NCBI RefSeq assembly: GCF_009834535.1
Contig: NC_045696.1
Coordinates: 71,922,001 to 71,986,000, forward strand
From: Camelus ferus
Lineage: Eukaryota
DNA length: 64,000 nucleotides
Direction: 5' to 3'
Made by a program: the position numbers and the translations under genes. Positions within the stretch are counted from its first letter, which is position 1; every line of letters starts with the position of its first letter. The notes below the pieces were generated by a model. It was not told the origin of the DNA and made no database searches. It worked only from the letters and a program-made list of their open reading frames with translations. Shown one piece after another: positions 40,101 through 51,460 of the stretch.

Positions 40101-42145
40101 AAGAAAAAATGGGAACAAAATAAATACATGTAGATTGTTTTTAAAAAAAATTAAGCACTACAGAAATATATGAAATGAAAGATTGGAGTTAAAATAGTGA
40201 CTAGAATTGTCCACACAGAATTTTTCTTCCTCATTATCTAACAGACTGAGGGGGAACTTTAAAAAAAAAATCACTCTTAGCGGTCAAAAAGACATAACCT
40301 AACACAATGAACGTTCTGAACTGGTGAACAACAGAGATACAAGACTCAGAGGAAGAGTGGAGAGGGTCAGCCAAGGTGGTACCGAACCCTGCCTCTCCAA
40401 CACACCTGCCCCAAGAAGCTGCATGATGATAGAAAAACAGCCTGTGAGTGCTTACCACTGTTACTAAAACTGGAGAGAAAATGGGCAATCACTTTATCTC
40501 CTCTAACCAGGAGTAGTGAAAATGGCCTCTGCAAAGGCTAGGACATGAACAGGAGCACTAACCCGGGGCCAGAGGACACCTCCAGGCTTAGCTAGTTCCC
40601 AAGGTACAGAAAAGAAGATAGAATCCAAATGGTGAGTTCAATAGGGAACATGAACTGATGCCAGACACAATGGAATGAAAGGCCCTGGTTTACCAGTGGA
40701 TATTATAGGAAATGCAACATCTGGATGAGATGCTCAAGCTTGAGCAAGATGAAAGCAAGCCATATGACCACTATGCAAAATCACTGCAGCGAAATAACAG
40801 TATAAGTCTAAATTGAATTGTGGGTAAAGAGTTTTCATTCTGCTGATGAAAAAAGTTCTGGTGATGGACAGTGCTGATGGTTGCACAAAAATGTGAGTGT
40901 ACTTAATGTCACTGACATGTACACTTAAAAACTGTTAAAATGGTAAATTTCATGTTATATATATTTTACCACAATTTTTAAAAATTAAAGGAGGGAGGTT
41001 AGAAAGGAATATGGTCTATAAAATACAAGGAAACCATAACTCAAGAGACAGAGAGAAATCCCTGTCAATTGGTTTTGCTGAGAATCACTTAATAAGAATG
41101 TAAATTCTATAAAACCAGAGCTTATAGATGAAAAATTACAGTGAAAGAGTGAGATGAATGCGAGATTTCACTCCTAACACAACAAATCAAGTATCCAAAC
41201 AACACACTTATGTAGTAAATAGAAATAGTAAGGGTCAGGATAGATAGAGCTGAAAACTGATTTGTCTTCACAGAGAAAAAGACTGAGATAATCAGTTAAT
41301 GCAGATAAAAATTAAGATTATAACATAGGGAAGATGCTAGGTGTGAAAGATATTCAGATCATCTAAAATGAAGACTACTGGTGCCTCTGAAGTACAGAGT
41401 TCAAAAATAAGAAGACCATATATTTGGATTTAAGAGGTTTTCCTTAAAATAAATAATTGAAGTTGCAGATTGAAACTGGAGCACAGTGTATCCCAGAAAA
41501 AAAGAAAAAAACTAATGCAGAAAGCTTAACATTAAGACATATCCAAAGTCGGAGGGAGGGTATAGCTCAAGTGGTAGACCCATGCTTAGCATGCATGGGG
41601 TCCTGGGTTCAATCCCCAGTACCTCCTCCAAGAATAAATAAATAAACCTAATTACCTCACCCCACCAAAAAAAAAAGTCATTGAACCTTAAAGATAAGGA
41701 ATTCTTTAAACATATAAACTCCCCCTTCCCCTCAAAAAAGCAAATCACCTATAAAGGAGGAAAGTTAAAGTTGGTCTCAGATTTCTTTACAATAATATTT
41801 AAAGCCAGCAAAAAACAGACCAATGTCTACAAAATCCTAAGGGAAAGAATGGCTCCAAAATATTATTTGAGTAAAAAGTTAATAGGCAAATATCCTCAAA
41901 CATGAAATAATTCAAGGGATACAACACCACTGAGCTCTTCTTAAAGATACTGCTTGACAATGAAATTTGATGAGGTCAGAGAGAAGCCACATTAAACAAG
42001 AATATCAGCACACATCCCTCAGGAATAGAGAAAACACAGGTTGTTGTTGTTTTTTTTTTAAGGAATTTAATCTATTTAATGAGTTAAATATAAAAAGCAT
42101 TAAATAATTATGGATCTGAGATTTTATCATACCTTCTCACATATG

Positions 42146-42182
<37 letters not shown>

Positions 42183-45100
42183 GCTTATTCATCACAGCAT
42201 TATTTGTAATATTAAAAGATTAAAAACAAACCAAAGAATACTATAGTTGTTAAAAAGAATGGAAACATACATGTTTATGTATGTCTAAAGAAAATTATCC
42301 AAAAATATTGTTAAATAAAAAATACATAATGCATAATTGTGAGAAAAGTGGGAAATAAAGTTTATTTTCATTTTTGCTTGTATCTGAAACATTGGAAATA
42401 TCATATAAGAAACTAAGTAGTTATCGAATAATGGCAGGGGGAACTAAGTAGTTATCTAATAATGGCAGGGGGAACTAAGATGTCACAAGTGTGGAAGTGA
42501 AACTTATCAATGTGTATAGCATTTTGTATTATTTTAACTTTAAATTGTGAATGTGTTCTATGTTTGAAACAAATTTTTACAAACCATAGGAATTATAATT
42601 ACCAACTAGACTCGAAATATTGTAAACATGAACAATGTTTTTAAATATATATATGTAACTATTCAAAATTTGAGTTGGGAAGAACAGAGGTAGAAGGAAA
42701 TCAGCTACTGTTAATCTTTCAAAACAGAATCAATAGATGTCTAAATTGGAAACAGAGTTTAGAAAACACATGTCTTTAATTTATTTTATAACCTCTTTAA
42801 TGCATTTCATAATTTTATTTATTATTATCTCTTTTTGTACCATATAGAGATCTTTTATGCAACAATATTTCCCATGTCAAAGATACATTTATTTGAAGTG
42901 CAGTAATTCCTCCAGTTTTGTTTTGGTTTTTTTCTTCTATGAAGTTCAAGTAAAATTAAATGAACAACTTTGGTCAAAATAGCATTTGTATGATTCCACT
43001 TTGATAAAACTACTTCTATTTATTTTTCTACCCATCTATTCTTATAGTTGTGAAGAAAGATGCCCGAAATAATGTTTGTCCATGTTTCAGCAGTGATAAT
43101 TTCTGGGTAGGAGGTTTTCAGGAGATTGGTTTTTACTTTTTTATTTGTGATTTCTAAATCATTTTAGTTATTTATTATGAGCATATATCTTTTTTTAAAT
43201 ATAATGATTTTTCTTTAAGCATACACTGTGAGCATGCACACACGTACAGAGGGAACAAATGCTTCAAAGGTTTATAGTGATTAATTCAAGTGAAAGAAAC
43301 ATGGTGATTGGATAATATTTTCCCTGTTTACTTTTCTGCATTTTTAAGACAGAGTATAAAACTGTTTGGAAAGTGAAATTTGCCTCTATTCCCATCCCAG
43401 CTTCTTGTGTATTTTTTCAGCTCTAGATATGTATGAGATGCTTCACAGATCTTAGGGAACTTCCCTGACAGCACCTGGAAATCTATCACATTCTTCTTAA
43501 GGGCTACATCATAGTCTATTGTACGAATGTATGATAAAAAAAAAAATTTAAGAGGAGCTATTTTATTTATTTATTTATTTTTAATGGAGGTACTGGGGAT
43601 TGAACCCAGGACCTCATGCATGCTAGGCATGTGGGCTACCACTGAGCTATATGTACCTCCCATGATTTAAAATTTTTGATGGATATTTAGAGTGTCCATT
43701 TTTCTCTCACAAAATGGAGATTATTGTAACATTGCTTTGTGTACTTTATGAATATATCTTTCGGTTTTTTTATTTTTAATATATTTTTATTGAAGTATAG
43801 TCAGTTTACAATGTTGTGTCAATTCCTGCTGTACAGCGTAATGATGACTGTATCTTTAGTTTAAATTCCTAGTGGTGGAATTGCTGGGTCGATAGGTATG
43901 TGCTTTACATTTTGTTTGGACAATTTTATATTTTTTTCCGAATTATTTTATCTTCTAGCTTATGTTCTTTTTTATCTAAGAAATATATATGTAAATATTT
44001 ATATATTCAATATTATATATAATTAACAAAATTATATATTAAGTTTAACAAATATATAAATAACAAAACTGTCATGTACTCCAAAACTTTTATCATAAAC
44101 AGCAACATTTCCCTGTCCCTCTTCTTATAGACAAAGCACTTTAACTAGTTTTAATAGTTTCTTGTGGTAGCTATCTCCATAAGTCTATAAAAAATATCTA
44201 GAAGCTTATCCTACTATTTCTTAATTTATCAGCTTTAAACCTCTTTCTATAGCAGATAAGGATTTAACACTCTTGCAGGATTCTTTTCATGGTTATATCA
44301 CTGTTTTTTGTTAAATCAATAAGGTATGCATTGGTATAGTTATGTAAATATTGTCCACTGCCAAAATCAAATAGTGTACTACAAGCATAGTTCCTGCCTT
44401 GAACAGATTTTGTTTTTTCCCTGGGGTGTCTAATTACCATTCCCTCTTCCCTGGCCCCTTTCTGGTTCTTTTTTCTTGAGCTCAGGTGAGAATTGGGTTA
44501 ATGGTGATCCTTGATCCAGGACACAATTTCAATATTGGTTCTTAGAAGACCCTGTGGATATATCTTCTTACCTATCCTTGAATAAGATATAGATGTAGTT
44601 CTCCACTTATTTGTATTCAGTCAAGCTCCCTTTTATCCCCATCGCCTTCCATCTTTCTCCAGCCCAGACTGATTACATCTTAAGTAAATTGAGTAAGTAT
44701 TCTCTAAGGGAATAAAGAAAAAAAGAGTTTTGACAAATTCACAAACTTTGACTTTTATGCTCTCATAAAACTAGGTCTATTTTTTAATACTTTTTTGCTC
44801 ACTAAGAGCAATAAAAGAGAACTTTAATTATGGCAAAAAAAAGTTTTATAAAGAAACATCATGTTTTTTCAAGAGGTCATTTTTATGGTGAGATGAACAG
44901 TCTGTTTTACATGTAAGCACACCCCACTTTGCAGAGAGCAACACCAGAAGAAAACAGGGCTAACAATTATTAAATATCTATTAATTATTGAGAAGAGAAG
45001 TTTATCTTATTTCATCCTCCAACAATTTTATATGTTACTTGCTTACTTTATAAATTGCAAGGTTAAATAACCCACCCAGGTCCACACAGTTTGTGGTGAA

Positions 45101-45350
45101 ATTAAAAGTCAAGCCCAGGTCTGACTCCACAGCTCATGGTCTCCACACGCTAGCCTGCTTTCTAATCTCTCCTCACTAACCCTTACTGGCTGTATTGTAT
45201 TTGTTTTTTCTCTTAGTGGACGAGTGTTCATCTGACTACACAGTTATGCTTCCCGTGATTGGGGCCATCGTGCTTGGGCTCCTCACTGTGGGTTTGATTG
45301 TCTACGGAATCCGCCTAAGGCGTGAATCATCTGGATACCAGAGATTCTAA
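13133..45350 (+). CDS. LAMP3: Lysosome-associated membrane glycoprotein 3 (DC-LAMP/CD208), 6 coding exons: 13133-13181, 21152-21900, 22767-22895, 31779-31836, 34508-34678, 45217-45350; 429 aa
   Basis: Exons join in frame through GT-AG introns (49+749+129+58+171+134=1290 nt). The product has a signal peptide, a Ser/Thr/Pro mucin-like region, a single LAMP domain with 4 Cys, a TM helix and a GYQRF tail. It lies next to MCCC1, as in other mammals. Confidence 0.97.
14150..15677 (-). mobile_element. Relatively young 5'-truncated LINE-1 (ORF2 C-terminus plus 3'UTR) in LAMP3 intron 1
   Basis: Minus-strand peptides VQPLWKTV...[13 protein letters not shown]...[21 protein letters not shown] and [30 protein letters not shown]-rich tail near 14150. 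Confidence 0.95.
16186..16688 (-). mobile_element. MLT1-type LTR
   Basis: tgtgtcagttaagg...ggtcacacattcccacccagctggaaaggaggc...tctgccaca. Confidence 0.65.
17880..18770 (-). pseudogene. Candidate decayed ENDOD1-like DNA/RNA non-specific endonuclease (NUC domain) sequence, antisense in LAMP3 intron 1
   Basis: Colinear minus-strand motifs broken by frameshifts and stops: [19 protein letters not shown] (18548-18491), VEFPQL (18458-18441), GYKR/GQV (18049-18028), [19 protein letters not shown] (~17976-17918). Confidence 0.45.
21152..21900 (+). CDS. LAMP3: LAMP3 exon 2 (mucin-like domain and start of LAMP domain)
   Basis: Acceptor tttgcag|, ORF 21151..21990 (ILHYGG...[29 protein letters not shown]), donor |gtaagt at 21901. 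Confidence 0.97.
22767..22895 (+). CDS. LAMP3: LAMP3 exon 3
   Basis: tttag| [43 protein letters not shown] |gtgagg; 129 nt, phase 0-0. Confidence 0.96.
25416..25638 (-). mobile_element. MER20-like DNA transposon
   Basis: cagtgcttctcaac...ggctgtcctgtgc...ctagatgccagtagc...ggttgagaa. Confidence 0.8.
25851..26005 (+). mobile_element. tRNA-derived SINE (camelid vic-1-like)
   Basis: ggggagggtatagctcaagtggtagagtgcatgcttagcatgcatgaggtcctgggttcaatcccc (A and B boxes) plus (AAAT)n tail. Confidence 0.9.
28020..28128 (-). mobile_element. tRNA-derived SINE (same family)
   Basis: Reverse-oriented copy flanked by the target-site duplication tcagcctggttct (28001 and 28132). Confidence 0.88.
28617..28910 (+). 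mobile_element. MER58-like DNA transposon
   Basis: ctatggcccccagaccaaatccagccc...gtctgtggctgctttt...aagcctaaaatattt. Confidence 0.7.
30311..30440 (+). mobile_element. Short L1-3'UTR-derived retroinsertion with poly(A) and 17-bp TSD
   Basis: TSD agaatgaggcatccaga at 30311-30327 and 30424-30440; ~28-nt A tail. Confidence 0.85.
31779..31836 (+). CDS. LAMP3: LAMP3 exon 4
   Basis: ttttacag| [19 protein letters not shown] |gtaagt; 58 nt. Confidence 0.95.
32090..32690 (-). mobile_element. LINE-2 fragment
   Basis: cattcattc...tagtgcctgctgggttcc...ccctgccctcctggagctta...ggaaggcctctctgaaga...ggattttatattaagtgtga. Confidence 0.75.
34508..34678 (+). CDS. LAMP3: LAMP3 exon 5
   Basis: ttttcag| [57 protein letters not shown] |gtaagt; LAMP motifs GHSFKC and VQLQAF; ends in phase 1. 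Confidence 0.97.
36673..36815. mobile_element. MER5-like DNA transposon fragment just upstream of the alternative LAMP3 exon
   Basis: cagtgtttctcaaagt...agaatcagctggga...ggggcctggggatctgcagtttaa. Confidence 0.6.
37003..37142 (+). CDS. LAMP3: LAMP3 alternative terminal exon (proximal '6A'): TM helix plus GYEHM lysosomal sorting tail; 431-aa isoform
   Basis: Acceptor ctctgacttcaattacag|, phase 1 compatible with exon 5; encodes (A)[45 protein letters not shown]. Confidence 0.82.
37590..37905 (+). terminator. Candidate poly(A) signals for the proximal LAMP3 terminal exon
   Basis: AATAAA at 37590-37595 and 37900-37905; the second is followed by a T/GT-rich tract. Confidence 0.45.
37743..37836 (-). 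mobile_element. tRNA-derived SINE (same family)
   Basis: ggggattgaacccaggacctcatgcat...ctctaccactgagctatatccctcccc. Confidence 0.88.
41551..41676 (+). mobile_element. tRNA-derived SINE (same family)
   Basis: gggagggtatagctcaagtggtaga...gggttcaatccccagtacctcc plus A-rich tail. Confidence 0.9.
42150..42179. repeat. (TA)n microsatellite
   Basis: About 15 perfect TA units. Confidence 0.95.
43560..43661 (-). mobile_element. tRNA-derived SINE (same family)
   Basis: ggaggtactggggattgaacccaggacctcatgcatgctaggcatg...accactgagctata. Confidence 0.88.
45217..45350 (+). CDS. LAMP3: LAMP3 canonical terminal exon ('6B'): TM helix plus GYQRF tail
   Basis: Acceptor ttttttctcttag|; (V)[43 protein letters not shown], matching the recalled human LAMP3 C-terminus (...SSGYQRI). 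Confidence 0.96.
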
Positions 45351-46990
45351 CTGCTGCCAGGGGAAAAGAATACCATGGAGTTTAGAGGATTCTTTCATCG
45401 TTTCCTGGATGTTGAGGACTTCCCTTAGTGTGGTTCCTTCCAACAGCGTAACCCATCATCTTTCACAGAAACCAAATCATTTCTGATTTAAGTTCAAGCA
45501 GCATACCAATTTCTAAATATTTTTTGTTCGTCTTACAAAATATCTAGTGTGCTTTTAAAAAATATGTTCTAGTTTCCTTGAAAATATTTTAACCACTCAA
45601 AGTCAACATTTGAGATACATTAACATAATGTATGTAAAATGGTATATACTCCGAATTATAGTCCAAAGCAGCAATTGTAATTAACGCTACTTGTGTTCAC
45701 ATTGGGGGTTTTATTTTATCCTTAACCTTCTCCATTTTAAAAAATGCTTCTGTTTTGTCTATAAAATGGATTTTCAATGCTTTTACTATCCATGTTTTAT
45801 ATGATGTACATTTGCCTGGCAATTGATTTACCTCCTTTTCCACTTCAAGTGTTTTCTAAAAAGCATCAAAAAGAACAACATATCACAAGTTGTCTAGGTT
45901 TTTAATGTGACACCAGGAGGAATAAATCAGCTTATGTTTTTATCTTGGTGAGTCCTGCTCCAGAATCACTTAAGACTAAGAACTAGGTGGCTACGGACAA
46001 CAGAATAAGCATGAAACAATAATAATGGCCCTTCAATATTGACCACATATGTGCCCAACACTAGGTTAAGCACTTTATATACATCTCATTTAACTTTCAC
46101 AACTTACATATGAGTAAACTCAGACTTAAGGAAATTAGTCACTCAAATGTCATCCAGCTCACAAATGACAGAGCCAGAATTTGAATTACTTTTGGTCTGG
46201 TACCAAGGACTCTGGTCTTTTCCACTACAGCAAGGGGCCTCCAAAAACAATGACTCTAAGTGCTGCCTGAAGCCTCACACCGGCATATGCTCCCTTCTTA
46301 AAGAGGAAATGATTTTGTCCAGAATCATGAGAGATTAGGGTCCATGAAAGGAGGGCTTAATGGAAAATGAAATAGCCTGTCTTTATAAAGTGCTTCAGTC
46401 CCTTGAAAGAAACTGAGGGGCTCTATAAAATACTCATTTCTCATTCTATGGGATTGTTAAACTGTGATTCTAAGGACAAAGGAATGTAGTAAACTTCTCA
46501 AGGTATTTTTTTTTATTTCTTTGATAGTAGAGAAATCTAACTGCTAACCAATTTTTCTTTCCTGAATGTAGATCCCCCTCTTGTGGTAATTTGCCTCTTC
46601 TGCAGTATATAGCCACATTTTCTACTCTAGTTCACTTTATTCTGTGGAGCAGCCTGCTAAGAGTTTTATTCCTCCTTGTTTTTACTACCAAAAAAAAAAA
46701 AAAGGAACTAAGTCAGGATATTAACAGAAAAGACCACACACCCCTATCATTTTTTATTAAAGGAATAATTGAAGTCACCCTAGAGAACATATTGACTTCC
46801 CTGAGTTGTTCTCTTAGGACTCAATAGGGTTGGCAAGGTCCTAACTTTAGTCTTAATAGAATAGTGAATTGTTTTAAAAGTTTTGTAATTAAAAACTTAT
46901 TTTGGAGATTTGTTTATGTCATTCATTTTTTATAATTTGTGTTATTAAAATTTTGTTTACAATTAGTGGAGGTTGTTCTTGAATCAAATC
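45351..46990 (+). other. LAMP3: LAMP3 3'UTR of canonical isoform (approximate), with poly(A) signal candidates
   Basis: AT-rich sequence after the stop codon; AATAAA at 45921, ATTAAA at 46888 and 46944, followed by T/GT-rich sequence. Confidence 0.5.
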
Positions 46991-47277
46991 AAGTCATCTT
47001 TCTATAAATAATTTATTTTGTTCTAGTCTCCATTGCCACATTGTTAATAGGCAGGAAGACCTATTTGAGAGAAACTGAATTTCTGAGAAGATAAACCACA
47101 TTAAAGTTACAAATTAAAATTCTCAACTCTTAGTCCAGGATACCTGACTGGATTACTGGTTTATTTAAGTGCTGCCACAATGTATCCATTCATTCATTCA
47201 TTCATTCAACCAGCATCAATTAAGGACTTTCCCAAATGCCAAGCATTCTGGTAGGGGCTGAGCTAAGTAAGAAGTTA

Positions 47278-47722
47278 TGTATTAGTTATCTATAGCTATG
47301 GGACAAATTACCTCATGACTTAGCAGCTTAAAACAACAAATGTTTATTATTCTCACACAGTTTCTGAGGGTCAGAAATCTGGGAACAGCTTAGCTGGATA
47401 GGTTCTGGCTCAAGGTCTCTTACCAAGTGGCACTTCAGCTGTTGGCCAGAGCTGCAGTCATCTGAAGGGTCAACTGGGGCTGAAGATTCTGCTTCCAAGT
47501 TCACACCAGATGGCATATCCATAGGGATGCTTACAACACGGCAGCTGGCTTTCACCAGGGCAAATGATCCGAGGGAGACTGACCACCTAATCATAGAAGT
47601 GACAATATCATCATTCCTGCTGTGTTCCAGTGGTCACACCGACCATCCCTGGTACAAAGTAAGAATGAAGACCAGGAGAGGTGGAAATCAAAGGGGGCCA
47701 TCCTGATGCTGTCTATCCCACA
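47278..47722 (-). mobile_element. MLT1-type MaLR LTR
   Basis: tgtattagttatctat...acaaattacc...cttagcagcttaaaacaac...ggtcagaaatctggg. Confidence 0.8.
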
Positions 47723-47984
47723 TCCACTGTCAAAGTGGAATTACTGGTTTGCTTTTTAGAGGAAACTCGGGTATGTAAATTCCAGTACATACGCTAAGGA
47801 AAATAGTTTAATAGGAACCTGTAAAAGGGTAATGGGAGCAGGGCCCATTCCAGCCTGCTTCCAACTCTGCCCTAGGTGTAGCCCTTACCCGGGAGAGAGC
47901 CTCTCAACTCCTGGACCAGCAACTGCTCAGCTGACTTGCCTCTCCATGAAGTCTGGTTGTTGGCCCATTGTTCTATGACATTTA

Positions 47985-49200
47985 TTTATAGCTTTGCCTC
48001 AGGAATTTGTTAACTCTCCTGTCCTCTGTCATAATCCAAAGAGATCTAGACCACACAGACATCCCATGGGATCTCACACTGAACCGCTACATTGACAACA
48101 TCATGTTAATTAGACAGGACAAGCACGAAGCAATTATTATGTGGCAGGCCTTGGTTAGACACATGTTCCAGGAGGTAGGAGACAAACCCTAGGAAGATCC
48201 AGGGATTGACTACTTCAGTCAAGTACTCAGGGGATCAAGGGCATGCCAGAATATCCCTTCCAAAATAAAACACAGATGTTTTGCATCTTGCATCTTTTCC
48301 ACAAAGAAGGAAGCACAGAGCCAGGTAGGCCTCTTTAGGTTCTGGAGGCAACATTCTACAGCTGGGAAAATTCCTCTGGCTCATTTACCAGGTGACATAA
48401 AAATCTACCAGTTTTGAGTGGGACCGGAGCAGGAAAGGGCAGCACAACTCTAGGCCACAATGCAATCAGCCCTGCTGCTTGAGCGGTACAATCAGATGGA
48501 CCTTATGGTGTTGGAGGTCTCAGCAGTGGGAAAAGGTACGATATGGAATTCTTGGCAAACTCTAGTGGTAGAATCATAACACAGGCCCCAGGCATTCTGG
48601 AAAAATGCTAAGGCCATGCCATTTGCAGCAGAGAAATATATGCCCTTTGAGAAACAGCTTTTGGTGTATTACTGCATCCTGGAACTTTGAACTTGGGACG
48701 CTAAGTGACCATACATCCAGAACTGACCACTTTTTTTCCCCTGGCATACAGCATAGTGAGTCAGTTATCCGTATATATTCCTTTTCATATTCTCTTTTAT
48801 TATAGGCTATTACAGGGTATTGAATATAGTTCCCTGTGCTATATAGTGGGAACTTGCTGTTCATCTATTTTATATGTACATGTATATGTGCAAATCCCGA
48901 ACTCTGAATTCAACCCTCTATCCTTTGTCTCCCCACTGGCAACCACAATTTTGTTTTCCATGTCTGGGAGTCAGTTTCTGTTTGTAAATAAGTTCAATTG
49001 CCTCATTTTTTAAGATTCCATATATAAGTGATATCATACAATAATTTTCTCTTTCTGGCTTACTTCGCTTAGAATTGACCACTTCATTTACTTCACAGAA
49101 TTGACCACTTTCGAGCTAAATTCTGTCAAATCCACTAAGTAATATGGTTGGATGGGTCTAGCAGTAATCAGTTGCAAAATAGAACTGGTATGGAAATGAC
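47985..49200 (+). mobile_element. ERV-L pol (reverse transcriptase/RNase H) remnant, interrupted by an L1 3' fragment
   Basis: Decayed frames QRDLDHTDIP..LTLNRYIDNIMLI, KKEAQSQVGLFRFWRQH, FEWGPEQERA, PFEKQLL, typical of ERV-L RT and connection regions. Confidence 0.88.
48731..49074 (-). mobile_element. L1 3'UTR fragment nested in ERV-L
   Basis: Same 3'UTR motifs as the 14150-14560 L1; flanked by agaa(c/t)tgaccact repeats. Confidence 0.8.
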
Positions 49201-50659
49201 ATGCCCAGGATCAAGCCCAGTTTACTCTGTTCTTTTCTACATGTATGTTTTTGCTGTGCAGATTTTTAAAAATTATATAGTTGAATTTATCAGTTCTTTT
49301 TCTGTTTCAGTTTCTGAGTATTGTGTTACACTTAGAAAATCCTTTCCTCCTTTAAGATATCCCTTGATGCTTTCTAGCACTTTTATGCTTTCATTTTCTA
49401 TATTTAATCTTTTATCCATTCAGGACTTATTTTGGTGCTAAGTGTGAGGAGTGAGTAGGGGGTCAACTTTTTTTTTCCTCAGAGTGCTTGCCGTTTTCCC
49501 CAATAACACTTTTTGAATATTGAGTATTAAAATATAGAATGAATGTTGAATTTTATCAAAGACCTAAAAGCATGTATGAACATGATATAATTTTTCTTCT
49601 TTTAAACTACTAATCAGATTAATTACTTATATTAATATCGAACCTTCTTACATTTCTTGAATAAAACTTAGTCATGGTGTATTACTCTTTCCATGTTACT
49701 AGATACTTTTTGAATAATATATTGGGATTTTCCATTAATATTCATAAATGAAGAAATTTAACTATTGTGTGTGTGTGTATATATGCTACCTTTGCTAGAT
49801 TTTGGTAGTCATGTTATGATCATTTAATGGAAATATTTTGGAAGACTTCCAGTTTTTTTCTGTGCTCTGCAACAGTATTAATACATTGGAATCAACTGCT
49901 TTTGGTGGAATTTCCTTGTGACACAAGGTGGGCCACGTGGTTTGGAGGTGGAGGTGAAGGTGGAACTGAAGGTAGTAAGAGAGATAGGTCTTTGACAATA
50001 ACATTCTCTAGTTCTTTTATGGTAACAGTTTGAGTAGATTTTCTATCTCAAGATCTATTTGGGTAAATTGTATTTTCTTGTCTTGAACATCATCCATTTC
50101 ATCAAGGTCGTCAAAGTTTATTCACTTACAGTGAGAAAAATAGTCTTACAAATTTACAATTTTTTTCTATACCTGTACCTTTTCTCACTTACGTTTTTTT
50201 AATCATAGCAAGTGTGCATTTCTCCCCTTTACTTCTGATTAACTATTTTTTTTTTGGCCTTACTTTCTGAACCTGCAGATTTATTGGTGCTTTGATATTA
50301 GTTCTCTTAATTCATTAATTTTCATCTTTAATAATTTCTTAATTAAAAAATTTAATTTCCTTGTGTATTTTTTTTTCTAATCCTTGAATTGGAGGCTTAA
50401 TTTACTTTCACTACGAATCCTCCTGTAAACTCTGCTTTAGTTATATGAAGTCAGCATTTATACGTAGTGTTTTCAGTACTTTTATTTCCTAGATATTCTG
50501 CAATTCAGTTTTGACTTCCTCCCCCCCTCCCCACCCCCATAGACAATGAAAACACTTTTTAAAAATCTCGGGTGGTTTTAAATTATATTTTAGTTATTTG
50601 TTTTATTTTATCCATTCTTGAAACCACTATTATCTTGCTCTCCACCCTAAATGACTTTT

Positions 50660-51460
50660 CCCCATGACTCCGCCTCCCCGGCTTCCTGGTAGCTTTAATG
50701 ATAATGGTCAGGAGAATTCCAGAACGTAGGAACGCCGGGGCCAAAGGGAAAAACAATGATCCGGGTCTCAAGGAGGCTGAGGGCGTAGCCGACCCCTCCT
50801 TGAGTTAGGCGCAAGGGGCGGAGGAAGCTGGGACTACACCACCCGATTGGCCAATCGCAGCCATCGAAGCTCTGCTCTGTTCTTTGATTGGTTTTGGTGG
50901 CGACGCCCCTGCCACGCTGCGGTCTGCCTATTGCTCAGCTTTGACCTGGACGGTGGCCCGCGGAGGACAATAGGCTTGCGGAGCGGAGGCAAGGTGTTGT
51001 AGTGAGTGGGTCGCAGGTGCTGTAACTACGAGTCCGAGGGCGGCCGGGCTGCAGGGACATGGCGGCTGCCTCTGTGGTGTCGGTGCTGCTCTTGGCGGCG
51101 GAGAGGAACCGGTGGCAGCGAGTCCCAAGTTTGCTGCTGCTGCCCAGGTAACGGCGGGTGGAGGGGCGATGGATAAGTGTCGGGGCCCGCGGATAAGTGT
51201 CGGGGCCCGCGGGTGAATGGACTCGTGCACGCTTTGGGAGGCGAGGCGGGGCGGAGGGCCGAGGGGCGGAGGGGAGGACGGTAGGAAAACTCCGACCCAT
51301 TGCCGGGGGCCCTGCTTTCATACTCGGCGTCGGGAGGGAGGCGCACTCAGCCCTTCCCTTTCTTCTCCCTGCCACACGTCCACCCTTCAGCCCTCTGCCC
51401 GTTTGTGAGGAGTGGGTGAGGGGTGAAGCTGGACCTGTCGTCTCCTTGCTCCCCTCGCCA
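50660..51460. promoter_or_regulatory. MCCC1: CpG-island promoter of MCCC1
   Basis: Locally CpG/GC-rich; GC box GGGGCGG (~50815), ACTACA motif (50833), CCAAT boxes on both strands (50844-50857); no clear TATA box. Confidence 0.85.
51059..51147 (+). CDS. MCCC1: MCCC1 exon 1 (mitochondrial targeting peptide)
   Basis: gacATGG Kozak context, 89 nt, donor AG|gtaacg. Confidence 0.95.
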
